Assembly (NCBI GenBank): GCA_000004985.1
Contig: GG738855.1
Direction: 5' to 3' (one strand)
DNA from: Naegleria gruberi
Lineage: Eukaryota
Length of the DNA: 64,000 bases
Each line of letters begins with the position of its first letter. Positions within the stretch are counted from its first letter, which is position 1. Under the pieces are notes generated by a model. That model was not told the origin of the DNA. It made no database searches and saw only the letters and a list, made by a program, of their open reading frames with translations. This document shows positions 32,016-43,633 of the stretch, piece after piece. Made by a program: the position numbers and the translations under genes.

Positions 32016-32831
32016 ATGTCAACACAACAACCACAAGACTCTGATAGATTCAAAAAGCAATTTTGGCAGGATCCCAAGCTGATGGATGATAGAGCTAATC
32101 TATACCTTGGTTTCTATGCTCAAAACTTGATAAATAGGGCAAACATTGAAGAGTTCACAACAAAGAATAAGAGAATTGACATTCTAGATCTCTGTACTGG
32201 TACTGGATTGCTTGCATTCCAAGTTTATGATGTTGTAAAAGATCTTGATGTTCATACTAATATTGAGGCAATTGATTTCTCGGCTCCACTCATCAAATTC
32301 GCCAAAGAAAAGAAAGAAAAATTGAGGGCCAGCGTTTTGAATTTTCAAGAAATGGATGGCCAAGAATTGAAATTTGAAAATGAGACTTTTGATTTTGTAT
32401 TCTCTAACGCTGGTGTTTGTTTTTATCCTGACTTTGTTAAGGGTTTCAAAGAGATACATCGAGTTATGAAGCAAGGATCAAATGCTTTCATTAATGCATG
32501 GGCTTATGATTTTCCAATGGCCATTCCAATACAATCTGCTCAAAAGCATGGAACAATGAAAGATACTAAAATGACTTTTCAAACACTCAGCGAACCAGAG
32601 AAATTCACAGAATTATTGAAAGAATCAGGTTTCTCTGATATTTCTACAGACTCGATTTCTCACAAGATTAGAGTCAAGTTTGGCGAATTTGTAGAAACAT
32701 TCAATGGTAATCCATCTCTATTGGATGAAAAGGTTTTGGCTGACACTGCACTTGCTTTCAATGTAAAAGAGGATAACGATGAAATTGAACTAAACACAAC
32801 TATGATTGTTGCCTCTCTCACAAAGAACTAA
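32016..32831 (+). CDS. Class I SAM-dependent methyltransferase, substrate unknown
   Basis: MSTQQPQDSDRFKK.. from the ATG at 32016 (the ORF track begins at an upstream non-ATG codon). ..ILDLCTGTGLLAF.. is motif I (GxGxG); ..FDFVFSNAGVCF.. is the post-I motif. Confidence 0.6.
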   Translation: MSTQQPQDSDRFKKQFWQDPKLMDDRANLYLGFYAQNLINRANIEEFTTKNKRIDILDLCTGTGLLAFQVYDVVKDLDVHTNIEAIDFSAPLIKFAKEKKEKLRASVLNFQEMDGQELKFENETFDFVFSNAGVCFYPDFVKGFKEIHRVMKQGSNAFINAWAYDFPMAIPIQSAQKHGTMKDTKMTFQTLSEPEKFTELLKESGFSDISTDSISHKIRVKFGEFVETFNGNPSLLDEKVLADTALAFNVKEDNDEIELNTTMIVASLTKN

Positions 32832-33187
32832 TATCCAACAAATCAAATAAATAATTGTGTTCTCAATTCTCTTTTTCAACACATGAATCAATACAGAGAA
32901 ATAAAGTCAAAGTAGGAATAATAGCTGACACACTTTGCTTTAATATGGAAAGCAATCCTTTTCGAAAAATTTCAGCGCCTTTTCATTTTAATTTCTAACA
33001 GAAAAAAATACCTAGACCGTTAAAAGTGAACCTTTGGGTCATCACTAACTTTTCATCATCACTCGCTAGTTTTATTCCTTAAAACACAAAGAGAAGGAAT
33101 ATCATCAATCGATTGTTTGGCCAATATTTACCAGTTTGGTCAATTTCTAAATTATCTAGACTAGTTTTATTTATTCACTAGTTGGAG

Positions 33188-36100
33188 ATGAGATCTTTAA
33201 CTAGTTACTTTAATTTAATCACCAGTGTTAATTATGGTGATAAATTTCGTCAGTTTAATGATTGGCTTCCGTGGAACAGGTTACCTCCTGCTCCTCGTGT
33301 CATTCATTTAAACGATCAAGCAATCAACATTAGAAAGGAGAACAAATTTTGCGATAATTCAGGTAGGTAGACAATTGTGATTGATAAGAATAACCTCGTC
33401 TTTTTAGTATCAACTGCTAAGTATAATTTAGTTACATTCATTCCGAAGAACTTGTTGGAGCAATTTAGAAGAGTTGCCAACATTTACTTTTTCATAATTG
33501 CTTTATTGCAATTAGCCACACCTTTTTCGCCTACGTATGTATTTTAATGTTATCGTCGTGTTTTTAACAATTTTCACAGTGGTAGATATAGTACAGCTCT
33601 TCCATTGGTAATGGTTATCATTATTCAAATGATTAAGGATGGCTATGAAGATGTAAAACGTCATATTTCGGATAACGAAGTGAATAATAGAAAAATATCA
33701 ATATTAAGAAATGGGGAGGTTATGGAAGTGTGTTGGAAAGAAGTTCAAGTTGGAGACATTGTGAAAGTGAACCAAGATGAATCTTTCCCTGCGGATTTAA
33801 TTGGTATTTCTAGTAGTGAACATCAGGGAATTTGTTATATTGAAACTTCACAATTGGATGGTGAAACTAATCTTAAAATTAAGAGATGTGTACATCCAAC
33901 TTCAGAACTAATTGATCCAAACGCCTTACTCAAACTCAAAGGTGTTATAAATTGTGAACAACCGAATAACAAGCTTTATAACTTTACAGGAAATATCAAG
34001 ATTGACCCTGATCCAAAACCAATAGCTCTAGATGTTGAAAATGTATTACTTCGTGGTGCTATCCTTAAGAATACCAAATATATTTATGGTTTGGTTGTTT
34101 TTACTGGAAAACACTCAAAGCTCATGATGAACTCAAGAAATCCTCCAACCAAACGATCAAAAGTTGAAAAAATTACTAATCGTATGATTTTGATTTTGTT
34201 CTTTGCCCAAGTAATTTTGGCATTAATTTCTGCTACAGCAATTACTGCATGGGAATCTAATAATAACCACCAAAACAACCATTGGTATTTCACTGATTTC
34301 ACTCCATTAGCATCTCAATTCTTTGGAGGTTTTCTGACATTCTTCATTCTATATAACAATTGTATTCCAATTTCGTTGTATGTGACACTAGAAACTGTCA
34401 AGGTTATTCAGGCTAGAGTTTTCCTTGATAACGACATACAAATGTGTTACTATGACAAACCAAATGATTTACACATACCAGCTATGGCTAAAACATCAAG
34501 CTTGAATGAGGAATTGGGTCAAGTTGAGTATATTTTCAGTGACAAGACAGGAACATTGACACAAAACGTTATGGAATTCTTAAAATTTTCAGTTTGTGGA
34601 GTTGAATATGGTAGAGGTTCTACTGAAATTGGTAGAGCAGCCGCTAAAAGAAGAGGAGAAAAAGTACTGGAAGAACAACCTATTCCTAATGAAGATGGTT
34701 TCCAATTTGCTGATGAAAGAATCATGGAAAATAATTGGAAGAAAGAAAAATGTTCATCTACTATTGAAGAATTTTTGACTCTTCTTGCTGTATGCCATAC
34801 TGTTATACCTGAAGTTGATAAGAATAACCATATTGAATACCAAGCATCTAGTCCTGATGAAGCTGCCCTTGTTAAGGCAGCTAAATATCTTGGTTTTGTT
34901 TTTACTGAAAGATCCCCAAAACAATGTACAATCAATGCCGCTGGTGTCTCCAGAACTTATGACGTTTTGAATATTTTGGAATTCAACTCAACAAGAAAGA
35001 GAATGTCCGTCATTGTTAGAACTCCCGAAAATGAAATCGTACTCTATACCAAAGGTGCTGATAACGTTGTCTTTGAAAGACTCCAACCAGGACAAGAACA
35101 TGTTGAAGAAACAAGAGCATTATTAGAAAAGCATGCTGCTGAGGGTTTAAGAACTCTAGTTTGTGCTAAAGCTGTTTTGGATCCTATTGAATACGAAAGA
35201 TGGAATACGGAAGTTTATGAACCAGCCGAATTGGATTTGAAAGATAAGAAGCAAAAACTTGCTGATGCTGCAGAAGTTATTGAAAAGAATTTGATGCTTG
35301 TAGGAACAACTGCTATTGAGGACAAGTTGCAAGACGAAGTTCCTGATACTATTGCGACCCTTGCTAAAGCAAAGGTTAAAATTTGGGTTCTTACTGGTGA
35401 CAAGCAAGAGACAGCTATCAACATTGGTTATGCATGTGCTTTGCTCGATAATGATATGAGTATTATGATTATTAATGCTGAAAATAGATCATCCCTTAAA
35501 ACACAAATAAGAATGAAATTGAAAAATGCTATGGAAGGCAAAGAGGGAAGTAATCTTGGTCTTGTTGTTGATGGTTCAGCATTGGACATTATTTTAGAGA
35601 GAAAGAAGAAGAAAAAGAAGAAAAAGAAGAAGAAGGAACAAAACAAAGAAAAGATTGTACTTGAAGATTTGGAAACAGAGTTTCACGACGATGAATCAGA
35701 TGGTCAAACAAACCATGAAGCAGAAAAGGATATTGATGATCTTCAAGATGATGCTGATGATCCAAATGAAGAACCTCTCAGATATACTTTCCTTAGATTA
35801 TGTATGCTTTGCAAGTCTGTAATTTGTTGCAGAGTTTCTCCTCTTCAAAAATCCTTAATTGTCAAATTAGTCAAAGACAATTTACCTGGAGCTGTCACCC
35901 TTGCTATTGGTGACGGTGCTAATGATGTTAGTATGATTCAAGCTGCACATATTGGTGTTGGTATCAGTGGTAAGGAAGGTTTGCAAGCAGCTAGAGCAGC
36001 TGATTATGCTATTGCCCAATTTAAGTACTTGAAGAGACTTTTACTTATCCATGGACGTTTGAATTATAGAAGAATTGGTAAGACAATTGTGTACTCTTTC

Positions 36101-37400
36101 TACAAGAACTTGACATTACAATTGACACAATTTTTCTTCATTTTCTTCAATGCATTTACAGGTACTTCATTGTATGAAAACATTTCGTTATCTACATTTA
36201 ACTTGATATTTACATCAGTTCCAGTTATTGGATTTGCTATGTTTGATAGAGATGTTGACGATGAAAATTCTCTTCAATATCCAGAGTTGTACACTTATGG
36301 TCAAAGAGATCACTATGTAAGTAATCAAATAATTTTCAAATTATTCTTAATAATTAATTAGTTCAACATTCCTGAATTGCTGATGTGGATCTTGAATGCT
36401 GTTTGGCATTCTCTTTGCTGTTTCTTTATTCCAATCATTTCTCTCGGATTTATGAACAGCGCTTTATATGAAGGTAAAATGGTATCTTTGGAAGAGCTTG
36501 GTATTTTGATCTATACTTGCATTATCATGTTAGTTAACATTAAATTAGCAGTAGAAACTTGGTAAGTTTATTTTCATAATTTTCCTAACAATGAAAAGTA
36601 CATGGAATTTCTTCAACTCAATCCTTTTATGGGGAAGTGTTGCTGTTTGGTTTTTGTGGACCATTCTTTACTCTGTATTTTACTGGGTTGTTCCAGATGC
36701 AGGCTTTTTCCCATTCAACAGCTTATTGGGATTAGGAAGAAAATATTATTTTAATTTTTACAATTCATCAGGAAATATTCTCTTTTGGTTCACTCTTGCA
36801 TTGGTCTTAGTTGTGGCATTAGGAAGAGATATTACTTGGAAGAGTGCTGTAAGAATTTTACCATGGACTAAACAATTATATCACGTAATTCAACCATACA
36901 GTAGGGCTAAGACGATAGCTCCAAGAGAAGTAGTTGAACAAGAATTTGATTTACAAAAATTACAATCCCCTCTCAGAAAACCATACGACAAATTCAATCG
37001 TATTGGTATTTATATTACACCTGGTGCTCCAATTGAGGAAATTGAAAAATATGAACCAAGAGCTCTCGATAGGAAGAAGACACTCAATGAAACACGATTT
37101 GGTACTGGTTATGCCTTCTCACAAAGAGATGGAGGTGAAAAGGATTTATTAGAGGAAATTTATTCCCCTATTAATAGAGTTGGTCTTATTGAATTGCAAA
37201 CTCTTGACAAGTTGGATATGAAACAGCCAGAAATTGCTGAAGAAGAGAATACAGAAAACCAATCAAGAAAGCAAATCAAGAAGGAACTCAAATCCAAACT
37301 CACTTCATCTGGAAAGAAAAAGAAAAAATCCAAATCAGAAGTTGTGGAGGATCTTGATGATGAAATTATCACATCATACAACCCAAACTTTGACCAATAA
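33188..37400 (+). CDS. P4-type ATPase (phospholipid flippase), five exons, ~1346 aa
   Basis: Exons 33188-33362, 33408-33534, 33580-36316, 36363-36562, 36599-37400. Introns 45, 45, 46 and 36 nt. ..[38 protein letters not shown]..|[10 protein letters not shown].. is the P4 N-terminal signature. DKTGTLTQN phosphorylation motif, [25 protein letters not shown]10 region ..[10 protein letters not shown]|[13 protein letters not shown]... A poly-Lys/acidic insert sits in the N domain. Confidence 0.9.
35596..35656 (+). repeat. Purine-only (AAG/AAA/GAA)n microsatellite inside the P4-ATPase CDS, encoding poly-Lys/Glu
   Basis: agagagaaagaagaagaaaaagaagaaaaagaagaagaagg.. translates to [21 protein letters not shown]. 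Confidence 0.8.
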
Positions 37401-37452
37401 TAAATATTACTTCCTCTTCAATTTTAAAATATTTAATTAAATATTTTAAAAA

Positions 37453-40400
37453 ATGCTTCCTTCGTCATCCGAGGCTTCCTCATCACAGCAGAAGGATCTC
37501 GAACAACAAACAAAGAAGAAAGGATCAAGATGGGATTCAAAAGTAAAAGTATCTTCATCAACAGAAGATCAAAATAACAAGAAACATAAAAGATATGACG
37601 GATCTTCATCAAGTGAAAGTAACTTGGAAAACGAACCACCAAAGAAAATTCAAAAATCAGCTTGGGAAGATATGGACGATGATGTTGAGGATGTAGATGA
37701 CTTTGTTCAAATGAAAAGTGGATATTCATCAGCACAAAGTTCTGGTTTATCTTCGGATGAAGATTATATGCCATTGGAAAGAAAAAGAGGTGACAGATTA
37801 GAGTCTTCTGCTTCTTCTTCATCTTCTAGCAGACCATCCAATGCCACCCCTTTAGTTGGATCTGGAAAATGGGACAATAGTATGAAAACTCCAGTCTATT
37901 CCGGATCCAGTTCGAGTGCTGCAACTCCTCTCCTAACACCAAGAAATTCAGGTTTTAGTAGAAATGGTGCAGTGATTGCCACACCTCTAGGAAATATGAC
38001 TCCACAAGAGTATTCACAGTTAAAGATTGAACAAGAAATAGATTCCCGAAACAGACCACTCACTGATGAAGAACTAGATGCTATTCTTCCATCAGAGGGT
38101 TTTGAGATTCTTCAACCCCCAACAGATTATGTTCCTAAGAGAAGAAATAGAACAAGTTCTTTTTCAAGTGGAGAAGTGACACCATTGAATGGTAGTGCAA
38201 CACCTTACTATAGCATTCCAGATGAATTGAATGCATCTAATTTTGGAATTCAAACAGGAACTCTTGGAGCAGACATGCCTGAAATGAAACCAGACGATTA
38301 TCAATATTTTAGTAAACTCTTAGAGGAAAAGGAAGAAAAGGATATGAGTGATGAAGAAAAAGTGGAGAGAAAAATTCTCAAATTGCTCTTAAAGATTAAA
38401 AATGGTACCCCACAAATGAGAAAACAAGCTATGAAGTTTATTACAGATCATGCCAAAGAATTGGGGGCTGGTCCTTTGTTCGATCAAATATTGCCACTAA
38501 TGATGTCAACAACTCTGGAAGAACAAGAAAGACACTTGTTGGTCAAGTTAATTGACAGAATTTTATACAAATTGGATGACCTAGTTAGACCTTATGTACA
38601 CAAGATATTACTTGTAACTCAACCAATGTTGATTGATGAAGATTATTTCACCAGAATTGAAGGAAGAGAAATTATTGCTAATCTTGCAAAAGCTGCCGGT
38701 TTGGCCACAATGATAGCTGCTATGAGACCTGATATTGATCACGCAGAAGAGTATGTAAGAAATACAACCAGTAGAGCCTTTGCAGTTGTTGCTAGTGCTT
38801 TGGGTGTTCAAAACCTGTTACCTTTCCTAAAGGCTGTTTGTAAATATAAGAAGACTTGGGAAACTAGACATACTGGTATGAGAATCGTTCAACATATTGC
38901 CATTCAATTAGGTTGTGGTGTATTGCCATATTTAACAGAACTGGTAGAAATAATCAAGGATGGATTTAATGATAGTGAACCAAAAGTGAGGAGCATGACT
39001 GGTTTAGCTGTTGCTGCTCTTGCCCAATCATCAGCTCCATTCGGTATTGAATCATTTGAATGTGTTTTGAAACCATTGTGGAAAGGTTTGTCAAACAATA
39101 AGGGTAAGATTCTAGCTGCATACATCAAAGCTGTGGGTTATATTATCCCACTCATGGATGCTACCAGCGCTAAAAAATATACTTCTGTTGTGATTGATAA
39201 TATTGTTAAACAATTTGATAGTCAAGAAGAAGAAATGAAAAGAATAGTTTTGAAGGCAGTAGCTCAATGCGTGGCTACCGATGGTATTGATGCAACTTTT
39301 GTCAGAGAGAGAATTATTCCAAAATTCTTTTCTAGTTTTTGGGACAGAAGTATGGTTAATGATAGAAGAAACTATAATCAACTTGTAGAAACAACTGTTG
39401 CAATTGCCACAAATGTTGGCTGTTCCCTTGTTGTTGGAGAGCTTATAAGCAATTTGAAAGACGAAAATGAACCATTCAGACACATGACCTTGGAAACAAT
39501 CACCAAAATTATTGAAAATCTAGGAACTGCTGATATTGGTGAACGTTTGGAATTGGAAATATTGGAAGAATGTCTCATTTTCTGTATTGTCCAAGATCAA
39601 AGTAGTCCTGTAAATGATAAGAAGAATTATTATCTTGTAATTAACTCTGTTGCCACAATAATGAAAGCATTCGGTATTAGATGTAAAAAGTACTTGCCAA
39701 AGCTTACAGGTACTATTCTTCACAGGTTAACCAACAAGTCTGAGAAGGTTAGACAACAAGCAGCTGATTTATTGACAGACATGATATCAATAGTGAAGCT
39801 TTGCAATGAAGAAACTCGTCTAACTCAATTCAAAATGATAATCTACGAATTTTTAAGAGATGAAGAATATCCTGATGTTTTGGGATCTGTATTAGCTTCT
39901 ATGAATGCCATTGTAGAGGCTCTTGGTGAGGGTGATGAGTCCAAACCATCGATAGACGAAGTTCTCACCAGATGTACCCCAATTCTTAAAAACAGGAACG
40001 AGAAGGTTGAAGAAAATCTTATCAACCTGATTGGTACAATTGCCAAGACATCAGCAAATAGAGTGAGTGGTAAGGAATGGTTAAGAATTTGTTTTGATTT
40101 ATTGGAAGTGCTTAGAGCTCACAAGAAATCAATCAGAAGAGCAGCTATCAAAACTTTTGGTTATATTGCCAAGGAAATTGGTCCATCAGATGTGTTGGTA
40201 ACTCTTCTAAGCAATCTTAGAGTCCAAGAACGTCAAAACAGAGTGTGTACCACTATCGCTATTGCCATTGTTGCTGAAACCTGTGGCCCATTTACAGTGC
40301 TTCCAGCCCTCATGAATGAATACCGAGTACCTGAGCTTAATGTTAGAACTGGTGTACTCAAATCACTCTCCTTCCTATTTGAATATATTGGAGATTTATC

Positions 40401-40830
40401 TACTGATTATATCTATGCTGTTACGCCACTCATTGAGGATGCCTTAATGGACAGAGATCTTGTTCACAGACAAACAGCATGTGCAGCCGTGAAACATATA
40501 GCACTTGGTGTGTATGGCAGAGGAAAAGAGGATATTCTACTCCACTTGTTGAATTATGTTTGGCCCAACATTTTCGAAACATCCGCCCATGTTATCAACT
40601 CTGTCATGGAATCTATTGAGGCTCTTCGTGTAGCATTGGGCCCTTGTGTATTTTTACAGTATTTATTGCAAGGTCTGTTTAGTCCTGCAAGAAAGGTTAG
40701 AAATGCCTTTTGGAAAGTTTACAACAATGTATATATTGGTCACCAAGATGCACTTGTACCATTTTACCCAAGCATAACCAACGAAGAGGAGAACCATTAC
40801 GAAAGAACAGAGCTTAATTGGTTCATATAA
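37453..40830 (+). CDS. SF3B1: Splicing factor 3B subunit 1 (SF3B1/SAP155), single exon
   Basis: 1125 aa. N-terminal TP-dipeptide region (ATPLLTPRNSG.., IATPLGNMTPQEY), ..TDEELDAILPSEGFEIL.., HEAT repeats, and C-terminus ..LLNYVWPNIFETSAHVINSVMESIEALRVALGPCVFLQYLLQGLFSPARKVRNAFWKVYNNVYIGHQDALV.. almost identical to metazoan SF3B1. Confidence 0.92.
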   Translation: MLPSSSEASSSQQKDLEQQTKKKGSRWDSKVKVSSSTEDQNNKKHKRYDGSSSSESNLENEPPKKIQKSAWEDMDDDVEDVDDFVQMKSGYSSAQSSGLSSDEDYMPLERKRGDRLESSASSSSSSRPSNATPLVGSGKWDNSMKTPVYSGSSSSAATPLLTPRNSGFSRNGAVIATPLGNMTPQEYSQLKIEQEIDSRNRPLTDEELDAILPSEGFEILQPPTDYVPKRRNRTSSFSSGEVTPLNGSATPYYSIPDELNASNFGIQTGTLGADMPEMKPDDYQYFSKLLEEKEEKDMSDEEKVERKILKLLLKIKNGTPQMRKQAMKFITDHAKELGAGPLFDQILPLMMSTTLEEQERHLLVKLIDRILYKLDDLVRPYVHKILLVTQPMLIDEDYFTRIEGREIIANLAKAAGLATMIAAMRPDIDHAEEYVRNTTSRAFAVVASALGVQNLLPFLKAVCKYKKTWETRHTGMRIVQHIAIQLGCGVLPYLTELVEIIKDGFNDSEPKVRSMTGLAVAALAQSSAPFGIESFECVLKPLWKGLSNNKGKILAAYIKAVGYIIPLMDATSAKKYTSVVIDNIVKQFDSQEEEMKRIVLKAVAQCVATDGIDATFVRERIIPKFFSSFWDRSMVNDRRNYNQLVETTVAIATNVGCSLVVGELISNLKDENEPFRHMTLETITKIIENLGTADIGERLELEILEECLIFCIVQDQSSPVNDKKNYYLVINSVATIMKAFGIRCKKYLPKLTGTILHRLTNKSEKVRQQAADLLTDMISIVKLCNEETRLTQFKMIIYEFLRDEEYPDVLGSVLASMNAIVEALGEGDESKPSIDEVLTRCTPILKNRNEKVEENLINLIGTIAKTSANRVSGKEWLRICFDLLEVLRAHKKSIRRAAIKTFGYIAKEIGPSDVLVTLLSNLRVQERQNRVCTTIAIAIVAETCGPFTVLPALMNEYRVPELNVRTGVLKSLSFLFEYIGDLSTDYIYAVTPLIEDALMDRDLVHRQTACAAVKHIALGVYGRGKEDILLHLLNYVWPNIFETSAHVINSVMESIEALRVALGPCVFLQYLLQGLFSPARKVRNAFWKVYNNVYIGHQDALVPFYPSITNEEENHYERTELNWFI

Positions 40831-40987
40831 CGGGCTTCTTATTTTGGGATTTCAAACTTCTAGTTTGAAACCTCCTTTCTTTGTTAAAGATACCGTAAAT
40901 GAAAATTTCTAATTAGTAAACTTCCTTAAAAGCAAATTTACCGTACTTTTAACTATTGATCAACGTGTTAAAGTGTATCACCTTAAT

Positions 40988-43309
40988 ATGGATTTACTGT
41001 ACAAGCTTGAGCCGAGTTGTTGCGTGGGTAGAGCTCAATCCACGCACCAACTCACCTCAAGAAGTTCTTCATTCATAAAGCAGATTACCTTGGTACACAG
41101 AATTAAAAAAATCGAAACACTGAATCAAATGAGCTCTTTTTCACAATTTGTAATAAGCTCTTCAACAGGACCTTCTTCTGTCTGCCGCTGTCCTACCTGT
41201 GCCTTTACACAGTATAATCCATTTGTGGCTGCAAATGAAGGCAGATATTCCTATGTCATGAGATGCATGGTACACATGTGTGTTACTCATAATGTATCTC
41301 CACCTGTTACTTTTTCCACTGATAATAATACTATAAGGAAATGCATAATTGCATGTAATGATACCGACAACCTCCATGCAGAAGCAGCTCGAGAATATGC
41401 TCTCATGGATATTGTGAGAACTCTTGGACATCATGTCAACCCATGCATCTTTGATCTCTACTCCAGCTACCTATTTGAGGTAAACCACAGCTGGGCCTTA
41501 TCATTATGGTTGGAAGCAACCAGATTCATTGCCTCAATCAATATAACAATCTCTAAAAAGAGTATTCTTATTCTAGAAAATATGTTCGAAATGATTTATT
41601 CCAAATTAACAGATAATGAAGATTATGAACACCAACCAGATGATCTTCAATTCGTTGACAACATTTGCCATATTTTCTATAAAAGTAATCACTTCCCAAA
41701 AGAACTCATCTCCAAGCTCTATCTGATCGTTGATTGTGATAATGGGATGGAGCTCGTTCCCTTACTCAAACAAACTGGTACCTATCTTGAATATTTAATA
41801 GCAAGGAATGACCCTACTCCAGTAAAGGAATTGGATTGTGATATACTGAAATGGAACTATCAAATCGTTCCACCAGATGATCTGTCAGAGCGTAGACTTT
41901 ATCGTTTGCTGTACTTTAAAATACGGTTAGGCTTACCAAGTTCTGTAACTGACTTGTTTAATTTCATGTTTGTTGAGCAATTGATTGGTGACTCACCAAT
42001 TAAGGAATTGTTGGTTGATAACTTTGAAACATACATTCAATCCCATCCAGAGCATGCAGAGGCTATCAGAGCTACTCTCCTTGAAACCACTATTACCTAT
42101 GCTTATGAGGGTAAATGGGATGTGGCTGGATTGAATATAAGAATTTTGGGAAAGATGGGGAGAGAATATAATGATTTGGTCCATTTGATCCAGTCGTGTG
42201 TTAACCATTATAGACCTAATGAACTGAATGAATTCTTTACGGAATTCTTGATAGATGTTCTTTTCCTTTTTTATAAGGAGAAGCATAATTTTTCACTTCA
42301 GCAAATACAAGCAATAGAAAATCTCTTCAATCTCTTTACGGAACATCTTACGCCTCTTGATTCGTGCTTTGACCTTTCTGAAAGACAATATATAGAAATA
42401 TTGGATTTAGCGTTGTCATTCAAAGAGAACAGGTCCCACAGATACCAAGGAATAACAAAAAAACTAGTTTCTGCATTCGAAAGTGCATTACACTGTTGTG
42501 TGGAAAGCACAGAGTTTCTATTGCAGCTGTTTTGTGAAAGGTGGGCTAACAGCTTGGATGACCATACTCAAGCTTCTAAATTCCATGAGCTATTCGAAGA
42601 TGACACCATTTGGAATCATGCTCTTAGCTCAGAAATCCAAAAAACAACTATATCACGTATTCGAATCCTGAATAAGCTCTTATCAAACAGACCTCTTCTT
42701 GATTTATTCCTACCACAAGAAACTGCAAGAGATCATCTTGGTTACATTTTAGGTGTCACCTCTCAATCTAATGTTGTTGGTTATCGTAAGAACAGTCCAC
42801 ACTATCAAGAGTTTCTGAGGTTTGGTACTTTAGTGAACAGTGTTCTGGAATTAATTGATCAAGACGTTTATAACGGAGCTTTACCTTATGAGATTTACAC
42901 CATATCAATCTACTTTTCAATTTTATGTAAATTCTATGCAGAAGAAGCCAAAGATCAAGAGCTTCAATCCTTTGACAGCTTTTTAAAAGTAATTCTAGTA
43001 ACTGCTGATGAAAATGGTTATGACCATAGTGTTCTCCACACTGTCAAACTATTAACTCAAAAGAAGGTTTATCTTGAAAATTCTGAAGCAACCTTGACTC
43101 TCTTTGGGATTTGTAAACTTTTAAACCTGATTAATTATGTTATGAACAATGATACCAGTGATTCATATGATTTTTCCGAAACTTTGAATTACTATCAAAA
43201 TCAGCCATTAATGAGAGATGCTCCACATCAAAACACAATTCAAAATCTAATTGAAAAGCATCAATTATTGAAGAATTTATCTCAAAGCAATCGAATGACT
43301 GATGAATAA
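40988..43309 (+). CDS. Hypothetical protein (~774 aa), single exon
   Basis: Long uninterrupted frame starting at ATG 40988 (MDLLYKLEPSCC..; the ORF track begins at GTG 40973). Predicted helical, no recognisable motifs. Confidence 0.5.
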   Translation: MDLLYKLEPSCCVGRAQSTHQLTSRSSSFIKQITLVHRIKKIETLNQMSSFSQFVISSSTGPSSVCRCPTCAFTQYNPFVAANEGRYSYVMRCMVHMCVTHNVSPPVTFSTDNNTIRKCIIACNDTDNLHAEAAREYALMDIVRTLGHHVNPCIFDLYSSYLFEVNHSWALSLWLEATRFIASINITISKKSILILENMFEMIYSKLTDNEDYEHQPDDLQFVDNICHIFYKSNHFPKELISKLYLIVDCDNGMELVPLLKQTGTYLEYLIARNDPTPVKELDCDILKWNYQIVPPDDLSERRLYRLLYFKIRLGLPSSVTDLFNFMFVEQLIGDSPIKELLVDNFETYIQSHPEHAEAIRATLLETTITYAYEGKWDVAGLNIRILGKMGREYNDLVHLIQSCVNHYRPNELNEFFTEFLIDVLFLFYKEKHNFSLQQIQAIENLFNLFTEHLTPLDSCFDLSERQYIEILDLALSFKENRSHRYQGITKKLVSAFESALHCCVESTEFLLQLFCERWANSLDDHTQASKFHELFEDDTIWNHALSSEIQKTTISRIRILNKLLSNRPLLDLFLPQETARDHLGYILGVTSQSNVVGYRKNSPHYQEFLRFGTLVNSVLELIDQDVYNGALPYEIYTISIYFSILCKFYAEEAKDQELQSFDSFLKVILVTADENGYDHSVLHTVKLLTQKKVYLENSEATLTLFGICKLLNLINYVMNNDTSDSYDFSETLNYYQNQPLMRDAPHQNTIQNLIEKHQLLKNLSQSNRMTDE

Positions 43310-43633
43310 TATTATTGTAATAAATTGTATTATATTTCGTTTAAACCTTAGGTGGTATTTTCTCATCATCAATATTTACAGTGGGAGAAAGCTCTGTTCG
43401 CTCATAATTGTTCCAACTCCTTTTTTTCAAGTCGTAAATTTTTTAAAAAACCACCAAAAAAAACGGATTAAGGACAATCTTGAGGAAATCGAGACGAGGA
43501 ATATTGAGAGAGTTTCTTGTATAGTAGTAGCGATAGATATAATAATACTCTGAGTTGTTGAGGAGGAATAGATTCGTTCTTCTTCTTCATAATTTATTCA
43601 TCAAAAGTTGGAATAAAATAGTAGTATTGGAAA

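Noticed and set aside
36377-37400. ORFs 36377..36565 and 36591..37400 as independent membrane proteins
   Set aside because: They are TM segments 7 to 10 and the C-terminal tail of the P4-ATPase, joined by 46-nt and 36-nt introns.
42655-42675. tRNA-like T-loop strings (TTCGAATCC at about 42660; GGTTCGAAA at about 43655)
   Set aside because: Both lie inside well-supported coding frames and I could not fold acceptor or anticodon stems around them. No tRNA is called.
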